Origin: Ramazzottius varieornatus
Taxonomy: Eukaryota > Animalia > Tardigrada
DNA length: 64,000 nucleotides
Reading direction: 5' to 3'
NCBI GenBank assembly: GCA_001949185.1
Contig: BDGG01000019.1
Span: forward strand, 337,231 to 401,230
A program made the position numbers and the translations under genes. Shown here in pieces: positions 38,036 through 52,300 of the stretch; positions within the stretch are counted from its first letter, which is position 1, and every line of letters begins with the position of its first letter. Below the pieces are notes generated by a model. The model worked only from the letters and a program-made list of their open reading frames with translations, was not told the origin of the DNA and made no database searches.

Positions 38036-39483
38036 TTATGGTCGGATCAAAGGAATCATATCCTGTCCGTAGATATCGTAGATGGCCAAAGCAGGAACTT
38101 CGACGAGGGTCTGCGCCGAGCTAAACGAAGGTCCGAGAAGCTGCACCAGCTTCAGTTCCGATCGGTTGCGGACACAGGCTTCTTGCAAAGTGGCGTTATT
38201 TTTGAGAAGTTGGCCACAGAAGAACAGCTCGACACGATCAGCTTTGTACTTTGGATCGACTTCGTTTACCATCTTCTTCAAGTCCTTGATAGTATGCTTG
38301 ATCGGTTCCACGTCCAGTGTCACAGACTTCCCATCGGGCAAGGCCACCTTGATGATACCATACAGCGTAGTAATGTCTTCCGGGTTGCGGCGATCGTATT
38401 CGAGACAGCCGCAAGCACAACCACGAAGACGTAGAATCAAATGGAGGGTACTGAAAGTCTGAATATTATAGTCGCTCAGCGTCCTACCGTCATCCAGCTG
38501 CCGTCCCGCAAAGACATACCTTTGCTGATCGGTCGCAATCCCTTCGATAGCTTGTACGCGGTGCTTCAGATACTCAATCTTTTCATCCGGAAGTAGAGCG
38601 CCTACCGTGAGGGTTCTTCCGGTGAGGGTTTTGATAAACACGACCTTCAGGTCTTCCGGCGAACGCTTATACGTGAAACGATAACCGCTGTGCGCCAGCG
38701 CGTTCTCACAGTTCAGCATGGTCAGATCGTCCGGAAGTTCTTGGCCAAAATGTATCAGTGGAACGTCAACCAGAGGAGTAGCTCCTTGATTTTCTTCACC
38801 GTAGTCTTCGGAGTCACGTCGACCTTCAATGCCCAGTTACCCAATGGATGAGACACGGTCACCTTCCATAAATTTTTCACAACGTACAAAATGTCGTCCT
38901 CCACGAAGCCGTAGTCGGACAGTGTCAAGTAGTATCTTTCCCTCTTGACGACGGCCTTCTTGTAGACCAACACTTGTTGTTCGATGGGGAAGTTGCACTT
39001 CTGCTGCAGCTCGGCTCCTAAGCTTGCGAAGGTGGTGGAAGCTAGGTTGGTCAAAGTGAACTCACGTCCGTTCAGCGTACGAACCGTGATATACGGCTGA
39101 ATAATCGCCAAAACAGAGTCTTCCTTCAGACCAGTCTCTTCCGCCGTCTTTTGGTATTCCAAGAGGGGCTTCAAGCTGCAGAACGATGGGCATTCGTGCT
39201 CGGATGTCCATCGTCCTAAAAAGGAGATGGTCACCGTAACTCGGTCCGCTGCTGGAATTTCCAGCTGAGTGATGATGGCCGATCGGATTTCCGCAACTGT
39301 CATGTCTGGACGGACAGCAAGCTTGGTGATAGCTGTCCCCATCGTACCAGAACGATATCCCGTGTAACGATACACGGTGAGTTCCATTCCGGTGCGAACA
39401 ACCGTTTCCCGTAAGGATAGAGAACCAACAGGAGGTCTCGGCAGATCTCTGAAAAGCCTGAAAGAAACAGAACGGTCTTCCAT
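38036..39483 (-). pseudogene. Multi-ubiquitin-like-domain gene with an apparent frameshift near 38770
   Basis: About five tandem Ubl domains, one close to ubiquitin (IKTLTGRT...[29 protein letters not shown]...[10 protein letters not shown]). The third domain switches frame between KKIKELLL and [15 protein letters not shown]. Confidence 0.7.
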
Positions 39484-39983
39484 CGCGTCTATCGATTTTC
39501 CGTATACAAGGTATCAACTAAAAACTTGAGCGGTTTATGCGATACCCGTCAGTGAAGTCTGTAAGAGGGCAAGACGGGTAACGCTTAGGAATGGTCGGAA
39601 TGGGTTGAAAATCGATACTGTACCTGTGTGACGAAGGAATGACGAGATAGATCGATCCCTTGATCCCGACAGCTTTGCTTTCGCTCCAGCCTAGCCAGCA
39701 GACGGATCACACTAGTCCAGGTGAGAGAGATCAGGGGGAGAAGCTACTTCAGTAAAAATGCAGAATGGACAGAATGTTTTCTGTAAGAACTGCTGATTCT
39801 GAATTTCTGAGTTTGTGATTTTCGCGAATTGTGCAGAACTGGCGTTGAACAACGCCGGATTCAGAACGGACTGATAAAATACGTTGATTGACAGATTGCC
39901 CACTGTTTGTTTTGATTTGAAGGCTTGAAGCTACATCTCCCGTTTGAATACAGAATCCCGGTTTTGCGTTTTTCGCCCTGACA

Positions 39984-42900
39984 ATGACTTCACCGACCAC
40001 AGAAGAAAGATGGAATGAAGCGCTACCGCTCGACTTTGCGAGGATTCAGAAGCTGCACTCACTTCGATTGATCGAGCCGGACTTGGAATACATGTGCAAG
40101 GTACGAGAAGGGAGCCGCAGTTCTGACAAGTCTCTTGTTTATTCACTCACTACGTCACCGCGGTGCGGGCTTTCACTGATGCATTCTGTGACATCATACG
40201 TCTGTGGTCTAAGCTCATCGGCTGTGATAACGTTCCCTTTTGGTCTTGGACTTTTACAGATCGATATTGGTCAAGTTTCGCAAGAGCACGATGTGGAAAG
40301 AATCCGCACAGTCTTGTCAACCATGCAGCACGGACTTCGCGTAAGTTCCATGAGAGACAGAACCTATTGTTACATCGGACAGAAACTCGTCTGTATTCTT
40401 ATTCCGAGCCTATTCCCGGCGGTATTCTGTCAAAGGACTGAAAAGTGTTTTCTGGAAACTCTGCAATTTGTGTTGTTTTTTTCTGGATGCTGTTAACTTT
40501 GGCACTGTAACATGTGTTCGTCCATATTTTTTAGCAAGCCATGGTGGATAGAGAAACCGCGGCTGCGGCGAAAACTCGAGCGGAACAATTGCTGGTGGAA
40601 CTTCAGTCGCGTCGTGTAAGAAAGGAAGGACCAAATAACCTCAGGACTAATTTGACTCTAACTTTCGTACACTGTTGCAGCCTGAAATTCCACCGGGTCT
40701 TGGCCCGGGAGGAGGCCCCGCCGCCACCGCAGACGCTTTACGCGCTCGCGATCAGCACATTCTCTACCTCCAGTACGAAATCGGGCAACGAGACCTTCAG
40801 ATACAACAGTTCCAGGAGCAACTTCAACAGGTACAAAAAGTCATTCTCCAAGTCTTCTTTCCTTCCTTATTCGTATCTGTACAGGCTCAGGAAAGGGCGG
40901 AAGGCTTGGAAAAGGACAAGACGTCTTTGGAAGAAGAAGTGCGGGATTTCAAGGAGCAAGTAACCAGAGCACGGGACGAGAACGATCAATTGCGTTTGTC
41001 AATCGATAGTCAGCTGAAGCAAAGCGGTGATCAGCAGGACAGGTCCGAAAGGTGGAGCGCACAGAATCAACAGCTTATGAAAGCCATCGACGAGACAGCC
41101 GTAAATTACTTGGCCCACTTTATCGTACCTGATCTGTGTACCGACTGAATATAATCCATGTTTGTTATGTGCATTGTATTGTACTGTAGGCACTGGCAAT
41201 AGAAAATCAACGCTTGAAGGGTTCTTGTCGACAACTGGAGAGCGAACTTCGGGATGCGACGGTCCAAATCGATGCTGCAACAGCCGAGTTCCTCCTGTTA
41301 AAAGTAAGGTCTCTTCCTAGGTTTTCCGCCTGAATAATGCAGCAGCTGAGGGCTCGGGAAACAAACTCGACCAAATTGTTTCTCCAAGTGGCGCACCCTT
41401 CCAGCCAACGTCTACCGAAACGTACGCCACTTGGTAAAGCAAAGAAACCCGACAAGATCGGTTTCCAAGTCGCGCACGCCTTGAGCCAACAACCAGGAAA
41501 CATCGAGCGTGCGCCACTTGAGAAAACGATTTGGTCGAGCTTGTATATTGAGATCCTAACTGTGTGCCTTGACTCGGGAATTTCTCGATATTAGAGACGA
41601 GCTGAAGTTTCGGACAGGATTGTCGAAGAAGTTAGGAATGAGAACGTCGAACTTATGAACAACGTAAGGTTTCTTTCTGTCATCGCTTTTCCAAGACGAA
41701 GGATGGTTTGATGTTCGTTTAGCTTGCAAAAGCCAATGCGGAAATGGCCGGAAGAGCTTTCATACCCGTCGGAAGTCTAGAAGCTTCCAACGCGGAAGCG
41801 CAGCTTGACCAGTTAGTCTCTGTCGTCAACAGCCGAGTAGACGAATGGAAGGACCTCATGTCCAGACAGTACGAGCCACCGTACCCGAACGACAGGAACT
41901 CAGATATTCCGGACCAGAGCTTCATTGAGCAGGACTTGCGAAGAGCCCTGATCATCCGCAACCAAGAGATCAACGCACTGAGGCGTAGTCTGTCCGAGGC
42001 GGTCTTCGAGATGGAAGAAGGCGCCAAAACGATCATCATGCTTAAGTACGTAATCCTTAACGATATCTACGAAACAGCTGTATTAGGTTGTTAATTGGCA
42101 TGTTTTAGGGAGGCAAGCAGGCGACGACCTCCACCAGAACAAGCCGACCAGCTGGAAGCTCAGTTGAGTTCTCGAAATCGAGAAATGACGACGTTGTTGA
42201 AGCGTACGTTGGCTTTGGAAGACAACTTGAATGAAGCCAATCAAGAGAACAAGGAGCTGCTTTTGGAACTTCGGCGTTACGAACAGGTGAAATTCGAGGA
42301 TGATTGTGCTGTCGGTAGGAAGTTACAGAATCTGGTGCTCGCAAAAATAAGTGTTTTAATATGTAGGGTATCTACGGTTTGCCGGAAGCTAGGAGAGATC
42401 TGAAAGACGTACAAAGACAGCTAAAGAACCGAGACAAGTATGAGCTGTACGGCATCGTGATAATTATGATATTTCACCTGGTGTTGTAGGTACATTGGCG
42501 ACCTGGTACAACGGCTGAATACGCTGACAACAGACTATGACGAAGCACTTTCGGAGCTCAGTGAATACCGTAATGAACTCGGTGACAATGTCCGACCAGA
42601 ACAACTCCGACGGAGACATGAAGATTACATGAACAGTCTGCTGGATAACCGAGTTCTTCTGAAGATCCTCGAAGACCAGGTACACCTTGATTTACGTAGT
42701 GTAATAACAAATCCGTGACAAGGATTTTTCTTGTTACTTACATTCGTTTTTGTTGAAGATTGCCCGACTGGAGGGAGAGTGCGCAGCTCTAAGGAACATC
42801 GCTTCCTCACTTCGTTCTAACGGAGAAGATGAAGGAGCGGTACGTGACTCGCAACTGCCACCTGGTGGCGGAAGTTCGCCTCGGAATGTCCGTAACGTTA

Positions 42901-45900
42901 ACGATCCTTCGAGTCGGGTTGTCGGGGAAGAGATCGAAGCTTTGCGGGAGGAGAACCTGCAGCTGGAGAACGGCATGCGGGAAATCTTGGAAGCGATCAA
43001 GGAAAGCCGCGTACGAGGGCGGTTTGGACAAAGTGTCGAATTGAGGTCACCAGCACTGGAACGACTTCTATCGGTAAGGTTTATCAACCGCTTAAATTCA
43101 TTTTTGGTGTAATTCTGACCTTTAGTTTCGTAGTCGATGGAAAAACGTCGTCGTCTGGCTTCCGACAATTCCTTGGAATCGCAAAAGCGCCTCGACAGTG
43201 CTTTCTCGGAAGCCGGGGCATCACACAGCAGCTTCGCAGCGGATGGGTTGCAGAAGAAATTGGAGAGAATCTACCAAGTACTGGAAGATAACCGAGAGCG
43301 CGCTTTTGCCAAGCTGACAGCCGGAAGTCAGCGCACCGTCAATCTACCCAACCGCATAACGGTACTCGCCAACCGGTATTCGCAAGACATCGTCCAGGTG
43401 AGTCGCCTTTCCAGATAAGCATGGGGATAATTTCCCGAGAATCAAACACTTTTGTTCAAATTTGATTTCCCAGTCTGATAGCCAAACGTTCGAACGACTA
43501 AAATTAACCACGACTAATTCTTCTAGTTTGGACTGGAGAATGATGCTTCTGGGCTGCAAGAGGCTCTCCGTAATTTGGAGGACGAGATGCGCGCTGCAGC
43601 TGACAGTATTGCCAGCGAGTACGGGAAGTCGATCTTTGACAACCTGGAAAGCAACCCGAGAGACCTTCGCGAAGAGTCAGAGGCTCTCGAGAGGCAGCTG
43701 AAAGACGTCCAAGAAGAGCTGTTTAAAACCAAAGTCCTGCTGACTGAAAGCCGAACACAAGTGGCCATCTGGAACAGCGGAACCCAAACCAGCCGGGTAA
43801 AATACAGTACCATCACCGTAGTAAACTCGGGCAAAACTCCGAATTAGCACCATGAAGTGCTCGCCAGTTCGTTCCTGTAACAGACTCGCGCACATTTTGG
43901 TAACGCTATCATCGAACACTGCGCGACTTTGCTAAAGTGCCCTCAACGTATCTGGGTGAACTCGCGCACTGCTTAGTGGCGTTATCCTTTGATACTGCGC
44001 CACTTTGGTGAGGTGTTTCCGAGTGTTGACGGATTTCTTTTCAGGGTGTTTCGCGGCGATCCTCCGAAGTGGACAACCGCCCTAGTTCAAGTGGCGATCG
44101 GCTACCCGACCAACTTCGAGACAAGGATGAACGTATTTCGAAACTGTCGGACGACATTGCCTCGCTGACGGAAGACAACAGCAGGCTGCGCAGTCAGCTC
44201 ATGTCGGCTGCAGAGAAGTCCGGCTCGACGTTCAGCCAGAGTCTGACCACTCTTGAGCAAGACCATCGAAGAGAGATCCAGATACTTTCTCAGATCAACA
44301 AGGACCTTCGGGCAGATACTCAGCGACGAGAGGAACATTTGGAGAACTTGCGGGCGTCGTTGAAACTGACCAACCAGGAGCTATTCGACCTGGCAGTCGA
44401 GCTGAAGGCTATCCAGGACCGCTCATCAGAAGTGAAAGGAGCTACGGATGGTACTCGCGAAGGAACTGAAGATAAAGAAACCGTGACGGCACCACAAGAT
44501 ATCTCGGAGGGTAACAGGCAAAGGGTGGTAGCGTTGATGGAAACTCGAATTCAGCGTTTGGAGAACCAACTGAAGGACCGGGAAGGGAGTTTCCAGAAGG
44601 AACGGAATGAGCTGACTGAGCTCCTCAACAACGCAAGCAGGACTCCAAAAAATGACCCTCAGATAACTATCGAGGTAGGCTTAAAACTAACCGCTCTGGT
44701 TTTTTGCAGTCGTGGGAGTTATTTCTGCCCTTTTCCTATCAGACGTCTGTTAAGGCCGTGCTGGGCACAACCCTGACAGATGAAGTAGCTTCCCTCGACT
44801 CGTTTGTTGATGCATTTTATACCACTAAGTGCTTTCTTTTCCAGCTTCGGACTGTAAAAGGGCGGCTCAATGAGAGCGAGGCAAAGCTTGAAGCCATGAA
44901 GCATCAGCTGGAACTAACTCGGACCGAACTGCAAACAACCACAGAACGGCACGCGAAGCGAGAGGAAGAACTGCAACGCGATCGAGAAAGGTAAGCCCCA
45001 TGTTGATATCGCGAAATCTTGCAGGAATAGGCAACTTTTGAGCGTTGTGTAGTGTGGAGGCCAGCTACGAGAATATGGTCAAGAATCTTCGGGAAGAACT
45101 GGCCAAAGTGAAGCAGAGCCGAAGTCAGCCCCAGAATGCCGGTGCAGCACCAGACAGCGGACGGACATTCTCACTACCAGGTGGCGCTGCGGTGACGACG
45201 GTCACGCCCTCACCCGTGGGAAACATCTCGTCTCTGGTCAAGAACTTGACGGAGCAACTGCAGGAAAAAGAAAGCGAAATACGAGTAAGGAAACTTCCTC
45301 TTCTTGGTCTTTCTGCATACTTGGTACTGTTTGTCGGGTGGGGAACAATCATTTGGCATTATTTTCAGCGACTGTCAGTAGCTTTTCAAGCGTTCAAGGA
45401 CGAGATGCTGAAAATGCCGGCGTCCGATCAAACGCTGATTGGACAGCTGGCCGAACAAAAGCATGGTTTGCAGGTATGCTGAATAGTCCATGTTGTTTAA
45501 TCAAAAAGGAGGAGTCCACTCGACTTTTGGTTTCCTGCGTTGAAGGATCAAATTGACAAGCTGCGCGAGACGAACTCGAAGCTGACGAATCAGTTACGGA
45601 AGGAGAAGGCGAATTCGGAAAGGCTGGAGAAAGAAGCCGAAGAGGCAACAGCTGAAATTCGTAAGCTCAAAAATCTCACGCAGCAAGCTGGGCGATGGAA
45701 CTGCAAAGAAATTTCTATTGCAGGGAAGAATGAGGAGAAGCGTAGGAAGCAAGAGAAAATCAACAGCGAGATGGCGTCTCGCATCGCTTCGTTAGAAGAC
45801 GAGTTGGGTCAACGGCGCAGCAAGTCGACAGATGACGCCAAAGAATCTAGATTGCGAAGTAAAGTAGCAGAGCTGGAGAAAGCCTTGGCTAAAGCTCAGT

Positions 45901-47999
45901 CCAACGAGCCGAAGACTTCCACAGCAAAGGTACAACTGTCCAGATTAGTTTACAAATTAATCTGCAAGTTTGGTTGATGCCTGGACGCTGGCGAACGAAT
46001 TCAACAAGATCGTTATCTGAAGTGGCGCACATATCACTGTTATTGGCTGAGAATATGCGCCACTTGGGAAGACGGTCATGTTGGCTTCCCTCACAACTGA
46101 GGGGGTTTTTCTTTTGTCCGGGCCGCCCAGTTTTCCACAGCAACAAGTGTCATAGTCGTTTTCCTGCTTTGCTTGCAGCCGGAAGTGGCGCAGTGGGAAG
46201 AAAAGAAGAAATGGGAGAAAATAGTGCAAAATTTGAAAGTGAAGCTGAAAGAGAAAGACGATGCTTCTGCGGCGCAGAGTACCATGTTGAACAATGTCAA
46301 AGAGGCCCTTGCCAGATCCGAACACGACCGTGGCTTGATGGATAAAAAATTGGCCAGTTTGAGTAAACGCGTTAACGATTTATCCCAAAAACCGGAGTAT
46401 CTTCAACAGTCGCTCGCGGAATCCCACAAAGAGGTACGCCGATCGTGCGATTACCATTTTCCTACAGCGTCATTCATTTGGACGTTTTTTCCCGGATTCC
46501 AGCTGGAATTACGGTCTTGTAATCGGTAGCCCCAAACGGAAGCCGAAAAAATAAGCCAAGTGGAAAACCCCGCAGGGATGCGTTTCCTGCATTGTATTGT
46601 GCCTGCCTTTACAGATCGACGGACTGAAACGACTCCTGGAAGAGAATGCCCAGCAGAAGACCGCGCTTGAGAACGAGCTAGTCAGACTCAAGGTAAGTAC
46701 GCTTCGACCGTACTAAACGAAAAACCCGACAAACGAACTCGACAGGGTTATTACCGAAGTGGTGCACCTTCTCGGTGATGTTGGCTAGAAGCGTGCGCCA
46801 CTTGGAGACACCTCGACAATGTTGTTTTCTCAAGTGGCGCACGATCTTGGTGCTGTTGGCTGAAGGAGTGCGCCACTTAGTCGGGTGATGATCTTGTCGG
46901 GTTTTGTTTGCCTCGGTCTCAGGTATATCTCCATGCGATTCTTGTCAACCATCATGGGTTGTAGGAACGAGAAACCATGTCTGGAGTTCGGATGAAAGAG
47001 TTGTCTGATATGTACAGTCAGACTCTGCGCAACGCAAAGCTGTTCGCCAAAAAGAGTGAGCAAACGCGTGCCCAAATGGAGGAAGAGATTAGATCCTTGC
47101 AAGAAAGAGTGGCCGAATTGGAAGACGTTATCGCTCAGACAAAGATGGAAGCCTCAGAAGTGCCTAGACGAGCCGTGTGTATCAATGGTTTTTTGCACCA
47201 ATAGTGAAAGGGAAATCAAAGTGGTGTTTCTTGCAGAAAGAGTCTGTCGACATGACGAAAGCCGTAAGGACCATGAAGAACGTCATCGACGAACAACAGG
47301 CGGAACTCGAGGCCTTGAAACGACAGAATACCAATATGCGCAGTGTGATCCAGCAAACTGTCAACGAACGCGATCGCATATCGGTAAGCGTCTCTTTCAG
47401 AGTACCTAGAGTTGTGGTGTAAAAAACCTTGGAAATTTCAGAAAAGAAAGCCGCTGAAGGAAAAAGCCGACGCTTTGCGCTACTCACCAAAAGACACGAT
47501 AGCCATGGAGGATGACCGCCCGAAAAGGCCGACCTCACGTCGAAATCGGACCTCTCGTAGCAGACACAGCTTGCAGACCAATGCGGAAGCTGGTGGAGGA
47601 GATGCCGGGAGTGACGACTTTGATGCGCCCGACGACAAAGACGAGGTATCGTCATCGTGCGAATATCGTGCGAATATCAAAATGTGTTTGGTGTTTTGAC
47701 AGGGAATCAGTGTGTCCGTCAGTCTACCCGTAGAAAAATCCGATCCTAAGGCCGAAGGAGCCTACAGGTCGGAGATTCAGAAACTGCGGATGCTGCTGGG
47801 GCGTCGAGAGGAGGAGCTGCCGCAAGGCCCAAGGGGTGTGTCGGTTGACTGGAAGGGTGGGAGAGACGTTGACGTGCGGATGAGTGTGGAGTCTAGAGCA
47901 AGTAGTGACGCTCAGAAACGCGTAAAAGAACTGGAAATTCAGCTAGCTAATATCTTGGGTGAACTTCCGCCCAGGAGTAGACGGCCAAATATGGCATAA
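39984..47999 (+). CDS. CEP290: Centrosomal protein CEP290-like coiled-coil protein, many exons
   Basis: Long coiled coil with CEP290-like segments: LRRYEQGIYGL; LREENLQLENGMREILEAIKE...SPALERLL; QWEEKKKWEKIVQNLKVKLKEK. Confidence 0.85.
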
Positions 48000-48536
48000 C
48001 TTCCCGTAAAACCGATACCCTTTGCAGTGTGCTCGTACCGTCATATCGTCTCCTTTCTACTTCTGTCTGTTTTTATGCACAGAGTTTTGATGTGTTGTAC
48101 AGTATGTTATACGCATGTGTTGTAAAACACTGGGACTATAGAGTTCGAGGTGTTGGTCAAAGGTTCCGCTGAAAAGAGGCCGTATTGAGATTTGAGAAGA
48201 CAGCATAAGAAGAATATCACAAGGAAGAGGTTAAAGTTCCACTGAAACTATCAATAAAACGAAAAACAGTCGACCGTTGAAGTTCCCACCTACACGCGCG
48301 AACGGAAAGTTTGGAACAGGCAATTCCGAAATAGCGGAACGGAAGTTCGTACGTATGTGTGCAATTCACACCCGTATTCTGGATCGTCGATACACCATGC
48401 AGTCTTATTTCAATGCTAACTGATTTAATCATTTCTGAACCTCAGTTTACCTTCTTTTTTCTTCATATCCGTAATGTTACTGTATGATGGAAGCGTATGT
48501 AAATACCCGCGTACGGAAACTATGCCTACTGTTGTC

Positions 48537-49156
48537 TAACGCTGGCAAAAATACGATAAAGCTCGATACGATATTTTTCAATACGATATCGGCGGATATC
48601 TTATTGCGGTCTTCGATATTCATTCGATATCGATATTTCGATACGATAATTTTCTAATACCATATTTTCGATATCTCGTATCATATCGCAGCGATATATC
48701 GATATTTCTGGAATTTTAGTGTTTTCAGAATTCCACTGGTTCAAGCCCAAAAACTCAAGAAGCCGATTTCCACATAAGGTATTAGTAAGATCAAAAGCAT
48801 CGGATGCAGCAAAGACATGACTATATCAAGACTTCAAACACATGGAAACCTGGACGGAATTAGTACCAGAACCGAATGGGCGGAGTATACTCGGTACACC
48901 ATGGCTAAAATCAAGTCTTTGGAATCAACCATGGTCTTCCGTAAACGATATATCACTGGCGAGTTTGCCATTCAGCGAAATACCGATATATCGATAATAT
49001 ATCGATATGGCGCGATACGATATCGCAGAAAATTTTATTGCGTTATTCGATATGAGCTTCATATCGATATTTTCGATACGATATCTCCCACATATTTTAT
49101 CTCAAAGATTCGATATTTCGATACGATATCGGTATACCGTATCGTTGCCAGCACTA
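48537..49156. mobile_element. hAT-type MITE (620 bp) with CGATAT subterminal arrays
   Basis: Imperfect TIR TAACGCTGGCAA / TTGCCAGCACTA; 8-bp TSD CTGTTGTC (48529-36, 49157-64). Confidence 0.88.
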
Positions 49157-49304
49157 CTGTTGTCAATATAAACCGTTCTAAATATTCTGTGAAGTCTCAA
49201 TGTCGTTTTCCCAGTCCGCACGACAGCGTTATGGAGACCGATGCCAGTATACAGTAAATAATCAGGTAAGCAGCCATCGGCAACGAGCACGCATATTCGC
49301 CAGA

Positions 49305-52300
49305 TCAGTAATGAACCACGGTTCTTTCCACCGGCATTCCGCAAACACCAGGCGTCAAATCCACGGACTGTACGGCTACCATGCTAAAGTGCCCAACAGG
49401 TGGCTGTAGTCGTCCTTCCATCACGAAACTTGTGGTTTCAAGCGGAACCGACACCTGTTGAGCCACCCATCCACTTGTCTGGTTGCCGGAGACCTCGGCA
49501 AAAGTTCCGAAGAGTCGCTTGTTATCCAGGAAGTCGTATATCAGCAGTTGACTATTCACCGCATAATAGCTCACAGTCAAGCACTTCTGCCCAGTCAGCG
49601 GAGGAATCTTCGGTGAAATCAGCCGACCTTGGTTATCTGTACCGTTGACCTTCGTCTGAAGACTGGACAAGTAAATGTACGGCACTGCTGTAAATTTCAA
49701 GCCGACCGACGGAAACATCGTCGAGTTGTCCACTACGTGGCCGCGCTTCCAATTCAGTTTGTCGGTCAGATCTTGTCGATAACCGCAAAGGGAACGGTCG
49801 TCGAATGTGCAGTTGATGGACATGCTCGGCGAGGTCGTCGGTGAAGAAGCAGAACAGTTAGCTTCGTCGCTTCCAGTCAAAGGACAATCCACAACTCCAT
49901 CACACCTAAAAGATAAGCACGTACAGTACTGCAGAGAAACTTCACGACGTGACAACTTCAAATCAAATTACACAGCTGCAATCTCGTTGTAAAGAACTGA
50001 CATTTGGCTTGGGTTGATGCAGGTCCCGATCTCACATCGTGCTCCACCGGGACATGCGGTGTGTGAAACATCAAGTCGAGTAAAGTTGTCATCTAAAATG
50101 ATCGGAAATTTTGTCTTGCCAAGTTCAGTTTTTGCTGTTCTGGAGTTCGTCCATAGGTTACCGGAGATTGTGGCGGCAATCCAGTCAGCATAGCGGGAGA
50201 CGTTGGTGAAGCCTGCAACGGCATGCCGAGTTGCGCAGCCTATTGCGAAGCTGGTAACGCCCACAATGTTCCAGCGTTCAAAGTAATCCTTGCCGAAAGC
50301 CGGTCCGCCTCTGTTGATGTAGCATTTGCCACCCACAGGTTGTGTCAAATTTCCACAAAAGGTGGAGTCACCGACGGAGGCTGGTACCAACGGATTTCCC
50401 TGACACCATGACCTGTTGAACAGTGGCACGTTCATCTCTTGCAAATTGTCCTCTGCAATAAACAAACGATAATACAACGTCTGATAGACACCGTCAGTTA
50501 ACCTCGTCACGATGTAAACTAACCTGCGAGTGAAAGTCGACCCCCCAGTTCGCGAGACCAGCTGGCTACCGTCACGTCTCCACTGATGCTCGAGTTGACC
50601 GAGGGAAGACACGATGGTTGCACGGACTTACTCCACTGAGCAGGGGAGGACAGGTGTAGAAAAGCCAAGTCAGCTTCAGCCGAGACCAAGTTGAAGGACG
50701 GATGAGCTACCATGTAGTCCACCAGCACAAACTGTTCGTTGGGGTTGGTCGAGGACCGCCGTGTCGAACCCAGTCGCGCAATGACATGACCATCTTGTAA
50801 GTCAATCATACACTGCGCCGAAGTCAGAACCCAGTGCTGATCCACCAACGCACCTGTGCACATCATGACGCCCTCTTTGTACAACGAAGCCAACCAGGGA
50901 TACTTGCCGACTGCAGCCTCAGTCGAGTTCTCGACCCTCGGTGGCCCATACACTGACGACCGTTGGCCGCAGCGTAGCGTCCCACATTCGATGTAGACTT
51001 TCTTCCGTGATGGACAACTCCTGGCGGCCGTGATGATGATCTGCGGCCCTTCGATGGCTCGCGGTGTGCGAGATGGGACATCGGTCACACCCTCGGTTGG
51101 CTCCATGTTGATGAGGTTGGTGACGGTGGACTTGTCGTAGCCCTCGATCTCGCAAATGGCGTCGGATAAAGAACTGGACCAGCGTTCGGCACAGACGGGC
51201 ATCCACTCACCGCGGTTGTTGACGGCTAAGCAGCCGGCAGCAGCTAGTTGGACGGTCATGTCGGCTGTGATGTTGCACGAGGGGACCATCCCCAGGCAGT
51301 CTTCTTCGTCTTCACCGTAGCTGCAGTCCAGCAGACCGTCACAAGTTTGGTTGCGGGCCACGCATTGCTGGGAACGCATGCAATAAAACTGTGACACCGA
51401 ACAGTTGCCTGGAATATTCAAAAAAAATCAAGTTTGACTCGGCTTTATGGGGCGCCGTTTGCGTCCAAACTATCTCGTCAAGAATTCTCGCGGAGTTTCC
51501 TAAACCGCCTCAAATGCTTTGCAAGAGTTTGCACGATTTTTCATTTCACACTTTGTGTAGAATTCTCGAACTCTGGCGAGAATTCGTCCAGCGGAAAAAG
51601 GTAGCACAAAAATTCGTGTCTTTCTTGAGCTTGGTCGCCCCTCCTCCACTGAGTCATGCGCGCAGGCATGCAGCAACAAGGCTTCGTACGTCACCATACA
51701 GTAGAGCACGGAATCTGACCGCATGCGCTGCACTGCACTGTAGCTGTACTGTGCTGCAGCACAGCTGCAGCGCGTGAACTGACGAAATTTGTGCGGCACA
51801 GCACAGCATACAGCAGAAAGCCATAGACTATCGCGCAGATGCACCTACCGAAACCTAACAAAAATTACACTTTTTGGGCATTCGAACGTCAGCCGTCTCA
51901 GCTGTGTCGTACCTTAGGGCAACGTTCTCCAGGTTGACTACCGATTTCGTTGACTGAATTAAAAACCACGTCAATATATCGGCATTCCGCGCAGTTGCAC
52001 CAGGTCAACGTGCATCAGCAGCACAGCTGCTTAGCCACTGGGCATGAAAGTTGTGCAGCACAGCGCAGCGTACAGCGCCCTGGTAATGTGCGCAGCACAG
52101 TTACAGCGTGCTTTTGGACCTGCGGCCCAGTGCTCTACCATACAGCGCATACCACCAATATGTGGTGACGTCAGAGATGGCGTTCATGAAGTCTCGCCAG
52201 AGTTCCAGAATGCTACACAAAGTGTGAAATGATAAATCGTGCAAACTCTTGCAAAGCATTTGAGGCGGTTTAGGAAACTCCGCGAGAATTCGTGACGAAA

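Noticed and set aside
41364-41542. CRISPR-like repeat-spacer array from the tandem family A units
   Set aside because: At most two units per locus, arms are inverted, spacers share a core, there are no cas genes and the context is eukaryotic introns.
48817-49257. ORFs rich in R/Y/I/D/S here and at 20648-20944
   Set aside because: They are translations of CGATAT subterminal repeats of MITEs.
50460-50525. Apparent frameshift in the protease domain
   Set aside because: Explained by a canonical short GT-AG intron.
51391-52232. Ala/Cys/Gln-rich ORFs here and at 54068-54311
   Set aside because: They lie inside MITEs made of GCACA repeats.
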